Shown: positions 9,180-18,722 of the stretch, piece by piece
Layout: each line of letters begins with the position of its first letter
Position numbering within the stretch: position 1 is the stretch's first letter
From: Promethearchaeia archaeon
GTDB taxonomy: Archaea > Asgardarchaeota > Lokiarchaeia > Sigyniarchaeales > SOKP01
Direction: 5' to 3'
Length of the DNA: 64,000 nucleotides
Assembly (NCBI GenBank): GCA_046483985.1
Contig: JAWOCD010000110.1
Coordinates: forward strand, 53,023 to 117,022
Translations under genes and position numbers: made by a program
Notes under the pieces: model-generated
The model's input: the letters and a program-made list of their open reading frames with translations, nothing else
What the model was told of the DNA's origin: nothing
The model's database searches: none

Positions 9180-10592
9180 TTATTTGATATGAAAACTCCG
9201 TAATTCTTTCAAAATGACGGGCTCTGATTTGTCTATCTCCGAGATATCTTCTTCTGTTCCCACGATGACCGCGCCCTTTGTCCCAAAACTACCGAGAATT
9301 TTCGTAAAGGGAGCTTCCAGTTCTCTCCCGGTAATTTCTTTCGCTCCCTTGACACTTTGAGCTAATCCTTCACAAACTATCCCTTCAGAATGCTCTAAAT
9401 ATTTGATTCGCCCTTTCTTATACTTGTATTTGTAGAATAATGGCGCTTGTTCGTGGGTTTTCAAAAGATTTGCTGATCCGATTATCCGCAAGGTGGTTGG
9501 GGGGAGGTCCAATCGGCTTAATAAGAATATGACTTTATTTTTTGGAATTAATATCCGCTTGTTAAACCGAAGAATAGCCCGAAATTTAGATTGGGTCTGA
9601 GAAATGGACTTTTTCAACCGTTTCCCCTCAATCTCTTTATAAGGATAAATATTAGCCACATCTGTTTCCATTCCAATAGTGACGTGCACTTGCGTTCCAA
9701 ATTCTGTTTTTGGTTTGAAATGCTCCGTTTTATTCACAATAACTTCCGCAATAGTGCAGAATTCAAACGCGTTTTTATTATCAGTTACATATGTTCCTCG
9801 GTAGACCTTATCAATGTCAATATTTTTGATATTAACCCCTACTCGATTACCTGCCTCGGCAAAATCAACATCCTCGTGAAAGATTTGGATGTTTTTAACT
9901 TTTCCGGTTTCATTTATAGGGAGTATGTAGACCTGTTGATCTTTTTTCAGCGTTCCCGTAATTAGCGTTCCCGTAATGATCGGTCCTAAACCTTTTGCGG
10001 TAAAGTGGTGATCAATCGGAATGATCACATCTCCGTCTGTATCTCTGTCGATTTCTAACGATTTAATCAGATCGAAGATTCCTTCTTTTAACTCTGTGAA
10101 TCCTTTTTTTTCTTTTGCTGAAACAGCAAAAATGGGAACATTCTTGCCAAATGAAGTAGTTTTAAAGAATTCTTGAATGTTTTCGATTTCTTTTTCAATA
10201 TTGCCCTTGAATAGATCTATCTTATTTAAGACCACGATGATGTTTTCAATTCCTAAGGATTCGATCATGACTAAGTGCTCTCCAGTCTGAATCTGCGGCC
10301 CTTTGTTGATATCTATTACTAATAGTGCACAGTCAATTATTTCCACCGATGATGCGCTAATTTTAATTAAATCTGCATGCCCAGGTCCGTCTACAAGCGT
10401 AATTAAATACTCATCCATAAGAAAACTGGTGAATCCGATATCAATAGTTATTCCCCGTTCCTTACTCTGTGGATGAGCATCGATTCCTGCCGTAGAGATA
10501 ATCTCGGACAATACTGAGGCAACTGCTGTTTTGCCGGAGTCAATATGACCAAATAACCCAAAGTTGATAGGAATTTTTTCTTCGATATTCAT
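9180..10592 (-). CDS. selB: Selenocysteine-specific translation elongation factor (archaeal/eEFSec type)
   Basis: GHIDSGKT, HPQSKERGITIDIGF, DGPGHADL, NKID, RLDLPPTTLRI.G; no bacterial C-terminal winged-helix repeats. Confidence 0.93.
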   Translation of the reverse strand: MNIEEKIPINFGLFGHIDSGKTAVASVLSEIISTAGIDAHPQSKERGITIDIGFTSFLMDEYLITLVDGPGHADLIKISASSVEIIDCALLVIDINKGPQIQTGEHLVMIESLGIENIIVVLNKIDLFKGNIEKEIENIQEFFKTTSFGKNVPIFAVSAKEKKGFTELKEGIFDLIKSLEIDRDTDGDVIIPIDHHFTAKGLGPIITGTLITGTLKKDQQVYILPINETGKVKNIQIFHEDVDFAEAGNRVGVNIKNIDIDKVYRGTYVTDNKNAFEFCTIAEVIVNKTEHFKPKTEFGTQVHVTIGMETDVANIYPYKEIEGKRLKKSISQTQSKFRAILRFNKRILIPKNKVIFLLSRLDLPPTTLRIIGSANLLKTHEQAPLFYKYKYKKGRIKYLEHSEGIVCEGLAQSVKGAKEITGRELEAPFTKILGSFGTKGAVIVGTEEDISEIDKSEPVILKELRSFHIK

Positions 10593-10718
10593 CTTAACTA
10601 CTAATTATAATTAACCAATAAATAAAATCTTACAAAATTGGACTCACAAAATTTAATTAATTTAAATTTGATTTTAATAATAACAACAAGATTAATAATG
10701 TTTTGAGGATTAAAAAAT

Positions 10719-11570
10719 ATGACTCGACATTGCCCGTATTGCGGGGAGCCAGTCAAAGATGATGATAAATTTTGTATATCGTGCGGAAAACCTCTTATTT
10801 CCAACATTCCTTCCGAAGATAAGATAAACGAGAAGGAAAAGAAGAAGCAAAAAGAAGAAGAAACAAAAAGGGATAAAGAGGAGAAAGAAGAGGAGAAAAA
10901 AGAAAAAAAGAAAAATGAGAAAAAAGCAGACGAAGAGAAGAAAGAGGAAGAAGAGGATTTACCCGAATTACCAGAAGAGATTAAACAACAAGTAGAATAT
11001 CGCCTTGATTTAAACAGGCTAAAGATCACTAAACAAAAACTGGGTAGAAAATTAGAGAAAATTGAAAAAGCAATGGAGGGAAATAAATACGATGTAGACG
11101 ATGAATATGCTCAAAAAATAAACTCGCAGTTACAAGCTATAAAAGAGATCTCCAACGATCTAAAAGAAAAAGAACGGTCAATCGAAAGTAAGATTGATAA
11201 ACCCTTTATTACGGAACAATTGAATTTTGAAATTGACACCAAAAAAGACCAATTAAAAAGCATTGTGAGGGATTATAAACTCAAAAAATTAAAAAAATTC
11301 GCAATGAAGGACTTGAAGAAGCAATACAAAAAGGAGCTTAAAGATCTCAGAAAAAAGAAGGAAAATATCATTACCAATATAGAAAAATGGCTGGCAGAAA
11401 TTTCAATGAAAAAGACCAAATTGAAGAAAGAACTTGAATATGAAAAGGCAAAATTTTCCGCGAAAGAGATTTCGGAGGAAGAGTACGAAAGAAGCAAAAA
11501 GGACTTCAAAAAAGATATGAAACTCGTTGAGTTGAATATTGAGACGCTCAAAGACTTAACATCTAAATAA
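10719..11570 (+). CDS. Zinc-ribbon plus long coiled-coil protein
   Basis: CPYCG...FCISCG at N-terminus, K/E linker, heptad-rich remainder. Confidence 0.75.
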   Translation: MTRHCPYCGEPVKDDDKFCISCGKPLISNIPSEDKINEKEKKKQKEEETKRDKEEKEEEKKEKKKNEKKADEEKKEEEEDLPELPEEIKQQVEYRLDLNRLKITKQKLGRKLEKIEKAMEGNKYDVDDEYAQKINSQLQAIKEISNDLKEKERSIESKIDKPFITEQLNFEIDTKKDQLKSIVRDYKLKKLKKFAMKDLKKQYKKELKDLRKKKENIITNIEKWLAEISMKKTKLKKELEYEKAKFSAKEISEEEYERSKKDFKKDMKLVELNIETLKDLTSK

Positions 11571-11803
11571 TCCAAGCACAAATAATTAAAATAATAATTA
11601 ATTTCAATATCTATATATAAATAAAGAGCTGTTTATATGAGAAAAAGAATAACCACATTTATCCTATTTTTACTCTCATTATCTTTATTAACTTTGGGCA
11701 TAATTGAAGTGCAGTATAATTTGATAAACAAATTTTATCAAAAAATGGCGGCTTTTTAATTAAGTTTTACACCTATTTTTAAAATAAGAAATGAATAAAT
11801 GAA

Positions 11804-12109
11804 TTATTCGCCTAACCAGCGTCCCGTTTCTCGAGAAGATTCATCATTTAGAAAACCCTTTTTCTGATATAATTTTTCGTCAGATTTTTTAATCTTTTTG
11901 GCTTGCTTATAGTGTTTTTTGCAGAGATATATCTTATGGTGTCGATTCTCGGCATAATCCAATTTCGCCTTTTTTGCATAGGGACCCCATTTATTTTCGG
12001 ATAATGACCGAATTGCTTTTTTGGAACACCCTTTTATAGAACATCGCTTTGTTTTACCAGATGCTCTTTTCAATTCTCGCTTTTCTCGTAATTCTTTAGG
12101 CAGTTTCAA
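11804..12109 (-). CDS. Small basic zinc-finger protein (archaeal conserved hypothetical)
   Basis: CSIKGC...LCKKHY; TTG start preceded by GAGGT. Confidence 0.65.
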   Translation of the reverse strand: MKLPKELREKRELKRASGKTKRCSIKGCSKKAIRSLSENKWGPYAKKAKLDYAENRHHKIYLCKKHYKQAKKIKKSDEKLYQKKGFLNDESSRETGRWLGE

Positions 12110-12192
12110 TTGACTCAGACCTCGAATAAAAACTTTAAGATTTATTATAAATTACTAAATACAATAAAGCTTAAAATTTTTTTGAAAATTGT

Positions 12193-12930
12193 ATGCCCCC
12201 TGACTCATTAATCTTTGATAAATCAGAAATTCAAAGGAAACTATTTGCCCTTGATTCCCCCAAACGGATCAAATTAAAGGGTGATGAGTTTTTTACAAAA
12301 TCAGCGATATTATTTACCATTATTCGGAATGATACTCATCCTTACAAACTCCTTTTGATTCATAGGACGGATAGAGGGACAAAACATCGTAATGAGATTT
12401 CATTTCCCGGGGGAAGACATGAACCTGAGACGGACGTCTCTCTCATTGATACCGCAATTCGAGAAGCCATGGAGGAAATTGGAGTCTCAAGGACGGATGT
12501 TGAAATATTAGGATGTATGCACGATTTTCCCACATTAACTCGATATATCATCACCCCAATAATTGGCGTAATCAATAAAAATCAGAGATTTTGCAAGCAA
12601 GAGACCGAAGTAAGGAGGATTCTTAAAATTCCAATCGATTACTTTGCAGATAAGCACAATTTTAATGAACGACTTTTCATAATCAATCATAAAAAGTTTC
12701 CCGTATATTATTACAATTATTTTGATGAGGTTCAAAAGAGAATATATACTATTTGGGGGGCGACAGCTCATATGATCCAAGAATTTCTCCATCATATTTA
12801 TTCTGTTCAGTTATCTGAATCGGGTATTAAAAGATTCACCATTGAAAAAATAAAAAACTTGAAGAATAATCTCAAATTCAAGAGAAAACTATCAAACGGA
12901 TTTAACCCTCAAAAAGATAAACAAAAATGA
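12193..12930 (+). CDS. NUDIX hydrolase, CoA pyrophosphatase (NudL/PCD1) subfamily
   Basis: H..EISFPGG..E.........TA.REA.EEIG and IWGATA. Confidence 0.88.
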   Translation: MPPDSLIFDKSEIQRKLFALDSPKRIKLKGDEFFTKSAILFTIIRNDTHPYKLLLIHRTDRGTKHRNEISFPGGRHEPETDVSLIDTAIREAMEEIGVSRTDVEILGCMHDFPTLTRYIITPIIGVINKNQRFCKQETEVRRILKIPIDYFADKHNFNERLFIINHKKFPVYYYNYFDEVQKRIYTIWGATAHMIQEFLHHIYSVQLSESGIKRFTIEKIKNLKNNLKFKRKLSNGFNPQKDKQK

Positions 12931-13589
12931 AAGAAGCGTTAATCCTTGATGAGGAGAAAATAAAAAACCGGTTGTATAATTTTGAGGATTCAAAACGTCC
13001 TTGTTTTGATGATGCTCGATTTATTAAATCTGCGGTTATAATTCCCGTAATCTCTTATCCCGATAAACCCTTTGAAATCCTATTTATAAAAAGAACTATT
13101 CATAAGGAGGATAAACACTCGGGGGAAATGGCATTTCCAGGAGGTAAATACGATCCTCAAGTGGATAAAAATCTTAAAGAAACTGCATTAAGAGAAACAG
13201 AGGAAGAAATAGGTATTTTTGAATCGAATATTTCCGTATTGGGATGCTTGAAGGACCAGATTACCCCCAAAAAGTTCATTATTACCCCTTTTATTGCAAT
13301 TATAGAGAACAATGTTCAATTCTTGAGCGACAATGCTGAGGTGGCTGAAATTATAAAAATTCCGATTAATTATTTTCTGAATGGAAAAAATTATTTAGAA
13401 AGGACGTATACTTTAAAGAATACGCTTATAGCGGTCGGTAAGTATAAATATTGGCATACTAACGGAAAAAAATACGTCATTTTTGGAGCTTCTTGTCATA
13501 TTCTCGTTGATTTTATTGAAACCATCTACCAGATTAACTTAATGAACAAAAAAGCTCGAAGATTGCAATGTGCTGATTTTTCTAAATAA
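12927..13589 (+). CDS. NUDIX hydrolase, CoA pyrophosphatase subfamily (tandem paralogue)
   Basis: HSGEMAFPGG..D......ETALRETEEEIG; 4-nt ATGA overlap with upstream paralogue. Confidence 0.88.
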   Translation: MKEALILDEEKIKNRLYNFEDSKRPCFDDARFIKSAVIIPVISYPDKPFEILFIKRTIHKEDKHSGEMAFPGGKYDPQVDKNLKETALRETEEEIGIFESNISVLGCLKDQITPKKFIITPFIAIIENNVQFLSDNAEVAEIIKIPINYFLNGKNYLERTYTLKNTLIAVGKYKYWHTNGKKYVIFGASCHILVDFIETIYQINLMNKKARRLQCADFSK

Positions 13590-13745
13590 ATACGTAATAT
13601 TTTAAACTGAGAAGGAAATTAAACAATTTATAAAGCTAATTTACATATATATCCTTTTTTGACTTTTATTAAAAATTAATAAAAAACAATTACTATCCAA
13701 ATCACTATTTAATAAAATAAAAAATTATAAGATGGTAAAAATAAA

Positions 13746-14327
13746 ATGACTGCTGATAGCGAACTTGCAAACCCTGCCCCTCTAGGGCTGATGGGATTTG
13801 GTATGACCACAGTGCTTTTAAATCTGCATAATGCAGGGTTATTCCAATTAGACACGATGATTCTAGCGATGGGAATATTTTATGGTGGTTTAGCCCAAGT
13901 AATAGCTGGTATATTAGAATATAAAAAAGGGAATACATTTGGAGTGACTGCCTTTACATCATATGGCTTCTTTTGGTTATCTTTCGTTTTTCTAAATGTT
14001 CTACCAAACCTTGGATATTGGTCTGTAGAAGTTTCTTCAGTTTCGGATGGTTGGTATTTGTTCATGTGGGGTATTTTCTCATGCTTTATGTTTATAGGGA
14101 CTTTAAAAAGCAATAGAGCATTACAGTTTGTTTTTCTTTCTGTATCTTTATTGTTTTTAATTCTCGCAGCCTCGAAGTTTTTGAATTCCTCTCTCATTGG
14201 CACCATCGGGGGAATCGAAGGTATAATCTCTGGCTCCAGCGCAATTTATTTAGCGATGGCAGAAGTTATAAATGAATCGCATGATAAAACAATATTACCA
14301 ATCGGCGAACCTTCAGAAAGAGATTAA
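13746..14327 (+). CDS. satP: Acetate/succinate permease, GPR1/FUN34/YaaH family
   Basis: ANPAPLGLMGFGMTTVLLNLHNAG, YGGLAQ, NTFG.TAF.SYG.FW. Confidence 0.93.
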   Translation: MTADSELANPAPLGLMGFGMTTVLLNLHNAGLFQLDTMILAMGIFYGGLAQVIAGILEYKKGNTFGVTAFTSYGFFWLSFVFLNVLPNLGYWSVEVSSVSDGWYLFMWGIFSCFMFIGTLKSNRALQFVFLSVSLLFLILAASKFLNSSLIGTIGGIEGIISGSSAIYLAMAEVINESHDKTILPIGEPSERD

Positions 14328-14481
14328 ATATTAAAACGACCACGAAGAAATAAAAAAAGAATACAATTATTTTTCTCATTTTTTTCTCATTTCTTTTATT
14401 TTTCAAGACTAAAGAGATTTCCCGCCATCCTTGATCTTACATCTTATGCATGCGTTTCTTTTTCCTCTCGATATATTTTAA

Positions 14482-14504
14482 CGATCTGCGAAAGAAGTCC
14501 CCAT
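14482..14504 (+). mobile_element. Isolated IS200/IS605-type left-end fragment
   Basis: TTTAA|CGATCTGCGAAAGAAGTCCCCAT; 14477-14504 identical to 35974-36001. Confidence 0.55.
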
Positions 14505-14614
14505 TTTCATTTAATTTGAAATTATGAATTAAAATCGAAAATTTCTTTTACAATTTTTGATTATTAAGGATGAGAATTTTTGATAGTATATCAGTTCAAA
14601 AATTCAATTAATAA

Positions 14615-14707
14615 GGCCCTTGACGGTCGGAGTGGTCTCTGACGCCAGACTTCAAATCTGGTTATCCTGCGGAGGGATAGGGGTTCGATTCCCCTCGAGG
14701 GCCGCCA
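14615..14707 (+). tRNA. selC: tRNA-Sec (UCA), 9/4 fold, CCA encoded
   Basis: 9-bp acceptor GGCCCTTGA/TCGAGGGCC, 7-bp D stem, anticodon TCA 14652-14654, long variable arm, 4-bp T stem GGGG/CCCC; directly upstream of SepSecS. Confidence 0.95.
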
Positions 14708-14749
14708 TTTTACCTTGATATGAATAAATAACTATGTGTTGTCCTAATT

Positions 14750-16120
14750 ATGGTTGATTTAAGTAAGATAAATAAATATTTCGAAAACTCGAAAATCCCC
14801 AAAAATATGCTCAAACGGGGTCAGCTTGTTTTGAATGAATTCTTGAAACCCATTAAAATCCTTTTCGAACAAAAGGCACTTCCTGATGAGCCATGGAGTC
14901 AAGAGCAAATCAAATATTTGTTAGATACGCTTTCCCATATGGATACGGATAAGGACAGAAAGGCCGCCCGGGTGGGCGAACGGGAAGCACGAATTGCCTC
15001 GAAACTTAATCTAGAGATCTCAGCTGGCTTCTGTCATGGAATAGGTCGAAGTGGATTTTTAACTGATCCCCAACCGAAAGCTCCTGGGGGGTCCATCATG
15101 TATGATATTGCAAACTACGTTGCGCGTGACTTTTTACGAAAATTTGGATTGCCCAATATCAAAAAAGCAATTGTTGTGCCTATTGCAACTGGTATGTCTT
15201 TAGCTCTTTGTTTAGCCGCATTGCGTCCCGATTGGGATAATGGTTCTCTGCTTCATAAGAGAAAGATTTTGGTCCCCCGAATTGACCATAAATCCCTCAT
15301 CAAGGGGATCAAATTGGTTGGAGTTACTCCAAAAATAATCGATGGGAGGATTTTCGGAGATAGTGTCCGTGTTCCTATAGAAGATATTAAGGAGGCATTT
15401 GACGAGGACTGTTTTGGTATTATATCTGTTACCAGCTTTTTTCCCCCGAGAGAGCATGACGCCCTCAAGAAAATAAGTAAATTCGCCAAAAAGAAAGATT
15501 TATGTCACATTGTTATTAATGCCTACGGAGTACAGAGTCCAGAGTGGATGAAATTGATTCGCTCCGCTATCGATGCGGGACGAGTGGATGCCATTATTCA
15601 ATCTACGGACAAAAATGTATTGACTCCCGTAGGCGGAGCAGTTATTGCCTCTCCCTCGAAAAAAGTTATTGACACTATAAGTCAAACATATGCCGGACGT
15701 GCTTCTGCCACTCCCGTGGTAAATTTTCTCGTTTCTATTCTTTCTTTAGGAAAGCAAGGATATGAAGAACTAATAGACAAACAGCAACGACATCATAATT
15801 TACTCAGGAAAAAACTACAAAAATTCGCCGAAGAAATCGATGAACGGATCTTGGATACATTTAATCCTGTAGCTATCGCTATGACTTTAAATCATCTGCC
15901 AGAGGAAAAGTTAACTCAATTAGGTGGAGCGCTCTATAATTTGAGGGTAACGGGACCGAGGGTCTATAATCCAGATGAAAAAATGTTCGGATTTTGTTGT
16001 GAAGATTATCCGTATCCCTATATCGTTATGAATGCGGCAATAGGCTCCCGCAAATCGGACATTTTAACCGCAATAGAGCGACTTAAAAAAGCCTATGCTC
16101 AAGTTAAAAAAACCTCCTAA
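14750..16120 (+). CDS. spcS: O-phosphoseryl-tRNA(Sec) selenium transferase (SepSecS)
   Basis: MDTDKD..AARVGEREAR, HGIGRSG.L..PQPKAPG, QSTDKN.LTPVGG, Y.GRASA. Confidence 0.96.
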   Translation: MVDLSKINKYFENSKIPKNMLKRGQLVLNEFLKPIKILFEQKALPDEPWSQEQIKYLLDTLSHMDTDKDRKAARVGEREARIASKLNLEISAGFCHGIGRSGFLTDPQPKAPGGSIMYDIANYVARDFLRKFGLPNIKKAIVVPIATGMSLALCLAALRPDWDNGSLLHKRKILVPRIDHKSLIKGIKLVGVTPKIIDGRIFGDSVRVPIEDIKEAFDEDCFGIISVTSFFPPREHDALKKISKFAKKKDLCHIVINAYGVQSPEWMKLIRSAIDAGRVDAIIQSTDKNVLTPVGGAVIASPSKKVIDTISQTYAGRASATPVVNFLVSILSLGKQGYEELIDKQQRHHNLLRKKLQKFAEEIDERILDTFNPVAIAMTLNHLPEEKLTQLGGALYNLRVTGPRVYNPDEKMFGFCCEDYPYPYIVMNAAIGSRKSDILTAIERLKKAYAQVKKTS

Positions 16121-16265
16121 ATGGAAGATTGACAACATCAAAATTTTTAAAAAATATAAATATTATCTAAGAATTTAAAATAATAATTCTTTGAAATGAA
16201 ATTATAAAAATTATCAATACTTCTTAGAATTTAGTTCGCTTTCGATAATCAATGGTTATAAAAAT

Positions 16266-16982
16266 ATGAAAGAAAATAGATTACTTAACGAATTTCAAGG
16301 CACTATAAAATCTGAATGGAACAGTGCTGTGATTAACGAAGAATATTCTCCAATAAACCCCCGGGAATTGTTCGAATTAGCATATGATACCGCCAATAGC
16401 GTTCCGAACCGTAATATTTCGATGAGAATCTCCCAAGATGAAGATAAAGGAGGTCATTTTGTCATCTTATATCATTCAAAAAAGAAAATGTTTATCCATA
16501 TCCAAGCTTTGGATGATCATCTGCGAGTGGCAATTTATACTAAAGATGACAAATGTAAAGAGAAGAAAGCAGAGATTCAGAGAAAGATCTCCGAACGAAA
16601 GGAAAAATTTGCAAAGAAGGATAAAAAAATCAAATCGCAACTCCTCAAAATTATTCTGGTGGAAAGAAAAATTGACGAAGCGGTGAATTTAGTGATGCTT
16701 CGTGATATTAGTCGGAAAGTCTATTTTGCAATTGGTGATGCTCGCGAATCCGCCGCAGTTGTCCCTCTTTTTATGGAAGCAGATGGTGCCTCCTTGGTTC
16801 AACTGGCATTGAATAAGTGGATGACTGCAGCTCAAAGATTACCGCCAGAAAAAGATTTCCCCGATGACCACGTAAAAGGCCTCATCAAAAATATGATGCA
16901 GATCAAAAGATGGGTTTTGAAATTAATAGATAGATTGATCTTGGAAGAAAATCTTACCAGCGAAGGCGGTAATAAGGATTAA
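16266..16982 (+). CDS. Hypothetical protein
   Basis: 238-aa ORF with normal composition; family not recognised. Confidence 0.7.
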   Translation: MKENRLLNEFQGTIKSEWNSAVINEEYSPINPRELFELAYDTANSVPNRNISMRISQDEDKGGHFVILYHSKKKMFIHIQALDDHLRVAIYTKDDKCKEKKAEIQRKISERKEKFAKKDKKIKSQLLKIILVERKIDEAVNLVMLRDISRKVYFAIGDARESAAVVPLFMEADGASLVQLALNKWMTAAQRLPPEKDFPDDHVKGLIKNMMQIKRWVLKLIDRLILEENLTSEGGNKD

Positions 16983-17182
16983 AGAGTTAAACCCATATTT
17001 TTTTAATGAATTAGCCCTTCACGTATTTCAATAATCGCGTAAGTCGTTCAACTAAGCTGTTAAAAATAATGGGGACATATTTCAGCCAATTTTTCCTTAA
17101 GGTTCATAAAATATTTATTTTTTCTTATTTTCTTCTTCATTCTACGGGATCTAAATATTATTTCTAATTTCCTAAGAGGTCC

Positions 17183-17298
17183 TTGAACTACCACCCCCTA
17201 AAGGCCTTGAATTCATACTCCCTAATAGACAATATAAGTTGGTTAAAACGTAAAATTAATCTCCTCTCTAAAGAATGGAGTTTTCTTTTGCTTTTTTG
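17183..17298 (-). mobile_element. Degenerate IS200/IS605-derived miniature element
   Basis: Minus strand: degenerate left end (GCAAAAGAAAACTCCATTCTTTAGAGAGGAG) and right end GAATTCAAGGCCTTTAGGGGGTGGTAGTTCAA. Confidence 0.6.
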
Positions 17299-17417
17299 AT
17301 AAAAAAATTTTTATTCTTTTGTGTGTTTTGATTGAATATAGAAGATTTTAATACAAAATTGGTATAATGTCATATAGGGGATTTTTCCCTTAAAATAATG
17401 GATTATATCAATGCAGT

Positions 17418-17572
17418 GGTCCCGTTGCTTAGCTTGGTTAACATGCCCAGGTTTTTGAGCTTGGTCAACAAGCGCAGGTCTTATAAATGGCCCGCGGACA
17501 TACAAAGAAACCAAATAAGTGTCCGTGTTCAGTAAAAACCTGAGATCCCGGGTTCAAATCCCGGCGGGACCA
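17418..17572 (+). tRNA. tRNA-Ile (UAU) with a D-loop intron (~27-29 nt) and an anticodon-loop intron (51 nt)
   Basis: Acceptor GGTCCCG/CGGGACC + A, D stem GCTT/AAGC, anticodon stem CAGGT/ACCTG, loop CT-TAT-AA, T arm CCGGG-TTCAAAT-CCCGG; BHB/BHL-like folds at both inserts. Confidence 0.8.
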
Positions 17573-17762
17573 TGTTCTTTCTTTTCTTTTGGTAACAAAG
17601 CATTTCGATGTAATTTTTTACCAATGATTAGAAATTTTAAGGAATAAAATCAACTAAATAATAATAACTAAAAAAATTTAATAGTACTGGGTTGTATAAA
17701 GTTAGTATAAATACTATTAAAAAACATACTTAAATTTACTAACATTTAATAAGTGACTATTT

Positions 17763-18188
17763 ATGGCAGAGGATGAGATGATATTAACACTTTTGAAGAA
17801 TATCTATAGTCGCATTGCTCAACTTGGTAAGGCAATTCAAGGGCTAAAGACCACGTTGGATGAATTAAATCAAACCATTGAAGATAAAACAGGTCAATTA
17901 TCGAATAAATTAACTGAGTTTTCTGAAGAAATCGAAATCACACAGACCAAGCATCAGAAAACCATCTCAAAAATTGGTGAAGGAGCCACGAGAGAAATGG
18001 AAAAATTACAATCAAGCTTGGGATTAGATGCATTTGAAGGATTAGTGGAAAATCTGGAAAACTTTACGGAAATTGCGGGAGATGTCTTAAACCAAGATAC
18101 GGTGAATCTCCTATTATCTGAAACCATTGACTCTGTCAAGACTTTAAAGGAGTCTGTTATGCAACCGGAAGAAGAACAAATAGAATAA
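17763..18188 (+). CDS. Coiled-coil hypothetical protein
   Basis: Continuous heptad pattern, 141 aa. Confidence 0.7.
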   Translation: MAEDEMILTLLKNIYSRIAQLGKAIQGLKTTLDELNQTIEDKTGQLSNKLTEFSEEIEITQTKHQKTISKIGEGATREMEKLQSSLGLDAFEGLVENLENFTEIAGDVLNQDTVNLLLSETIDSVKTLKESVMQPEEEQIE

Positions 18189-18230
18189 ATGTTTTTTAAA
18201 AAAATAATACATAATATATGAGGTTTTTTC

Positions 18231-18644
18231 ATGTCAAATATCGATGATTCAGCACGAGAAATGATTCAAAATATCTCAAATTCATTAGAAGGAACGATTG
18301 CACAAATTAATAAAATGAATGAATCAATTAAACAATTAAATCAAAATTTTTCTGAGGAGATTGTAAAACTAGAGGAAAATGTTCGATTAATCGTTGAGGT
18401 CTTGAAACAATTTAGAGTAAATTCAAGCCGTAGTATCCAAGAACTTGTTGATGATATAAATGATAAAATAAATGAATTACATGAGAAAAAGGCGGTGGAA
18501 GCCATCTTAGAGGAGGAAAAAGAGGCAATCTCCAAAATCAAGGAAGCAGAACGAGCAGTTGGTAATAATTTGTATTACGCTCAGCTACTCACCATTATTC
18601 AGTCAATTAGAGAGGAAACCAATAGAATAAGAAGAAATTTGTAA
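18231..18644 (+). CDS. Coiled-coil hypothetical protein
   Basis: Continuous heptad pattern, GAGGT RBS, 137 aa. Confidence 0.7.
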   Translation: MSNIDDSAREMIQNISNSLEGTIAQINKMNESIKQLNQNFSEEIVKLEENVRLIVEVLKQFRVNSSRSIQELVDDINDKINELHEKKAVEAILEEEKEAISKIKEAERAVGNNLYYAQLLTIIQSIREETNRIRRNL

Positions 18645-18722
18645 AATATTTAACATTTTTAATCATTTAATAAATTTAAATAAAATTACTAAAATACAAT
18701 AAATAATTAAGGAGAAAAATCT

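Noticed and set aside
10601-11029. Phe/Ser-rich minus-strand ORF and similar shadow ORFs (759, 31125, 34551, 50209, 61387 etc.)
   Set aside because: Antisense shadows of well-supported genes
17311-17514. 67-aa minus-strand ORF
   Set aside because: Antisense to the intron-containing tRNA-Ile; no protein features
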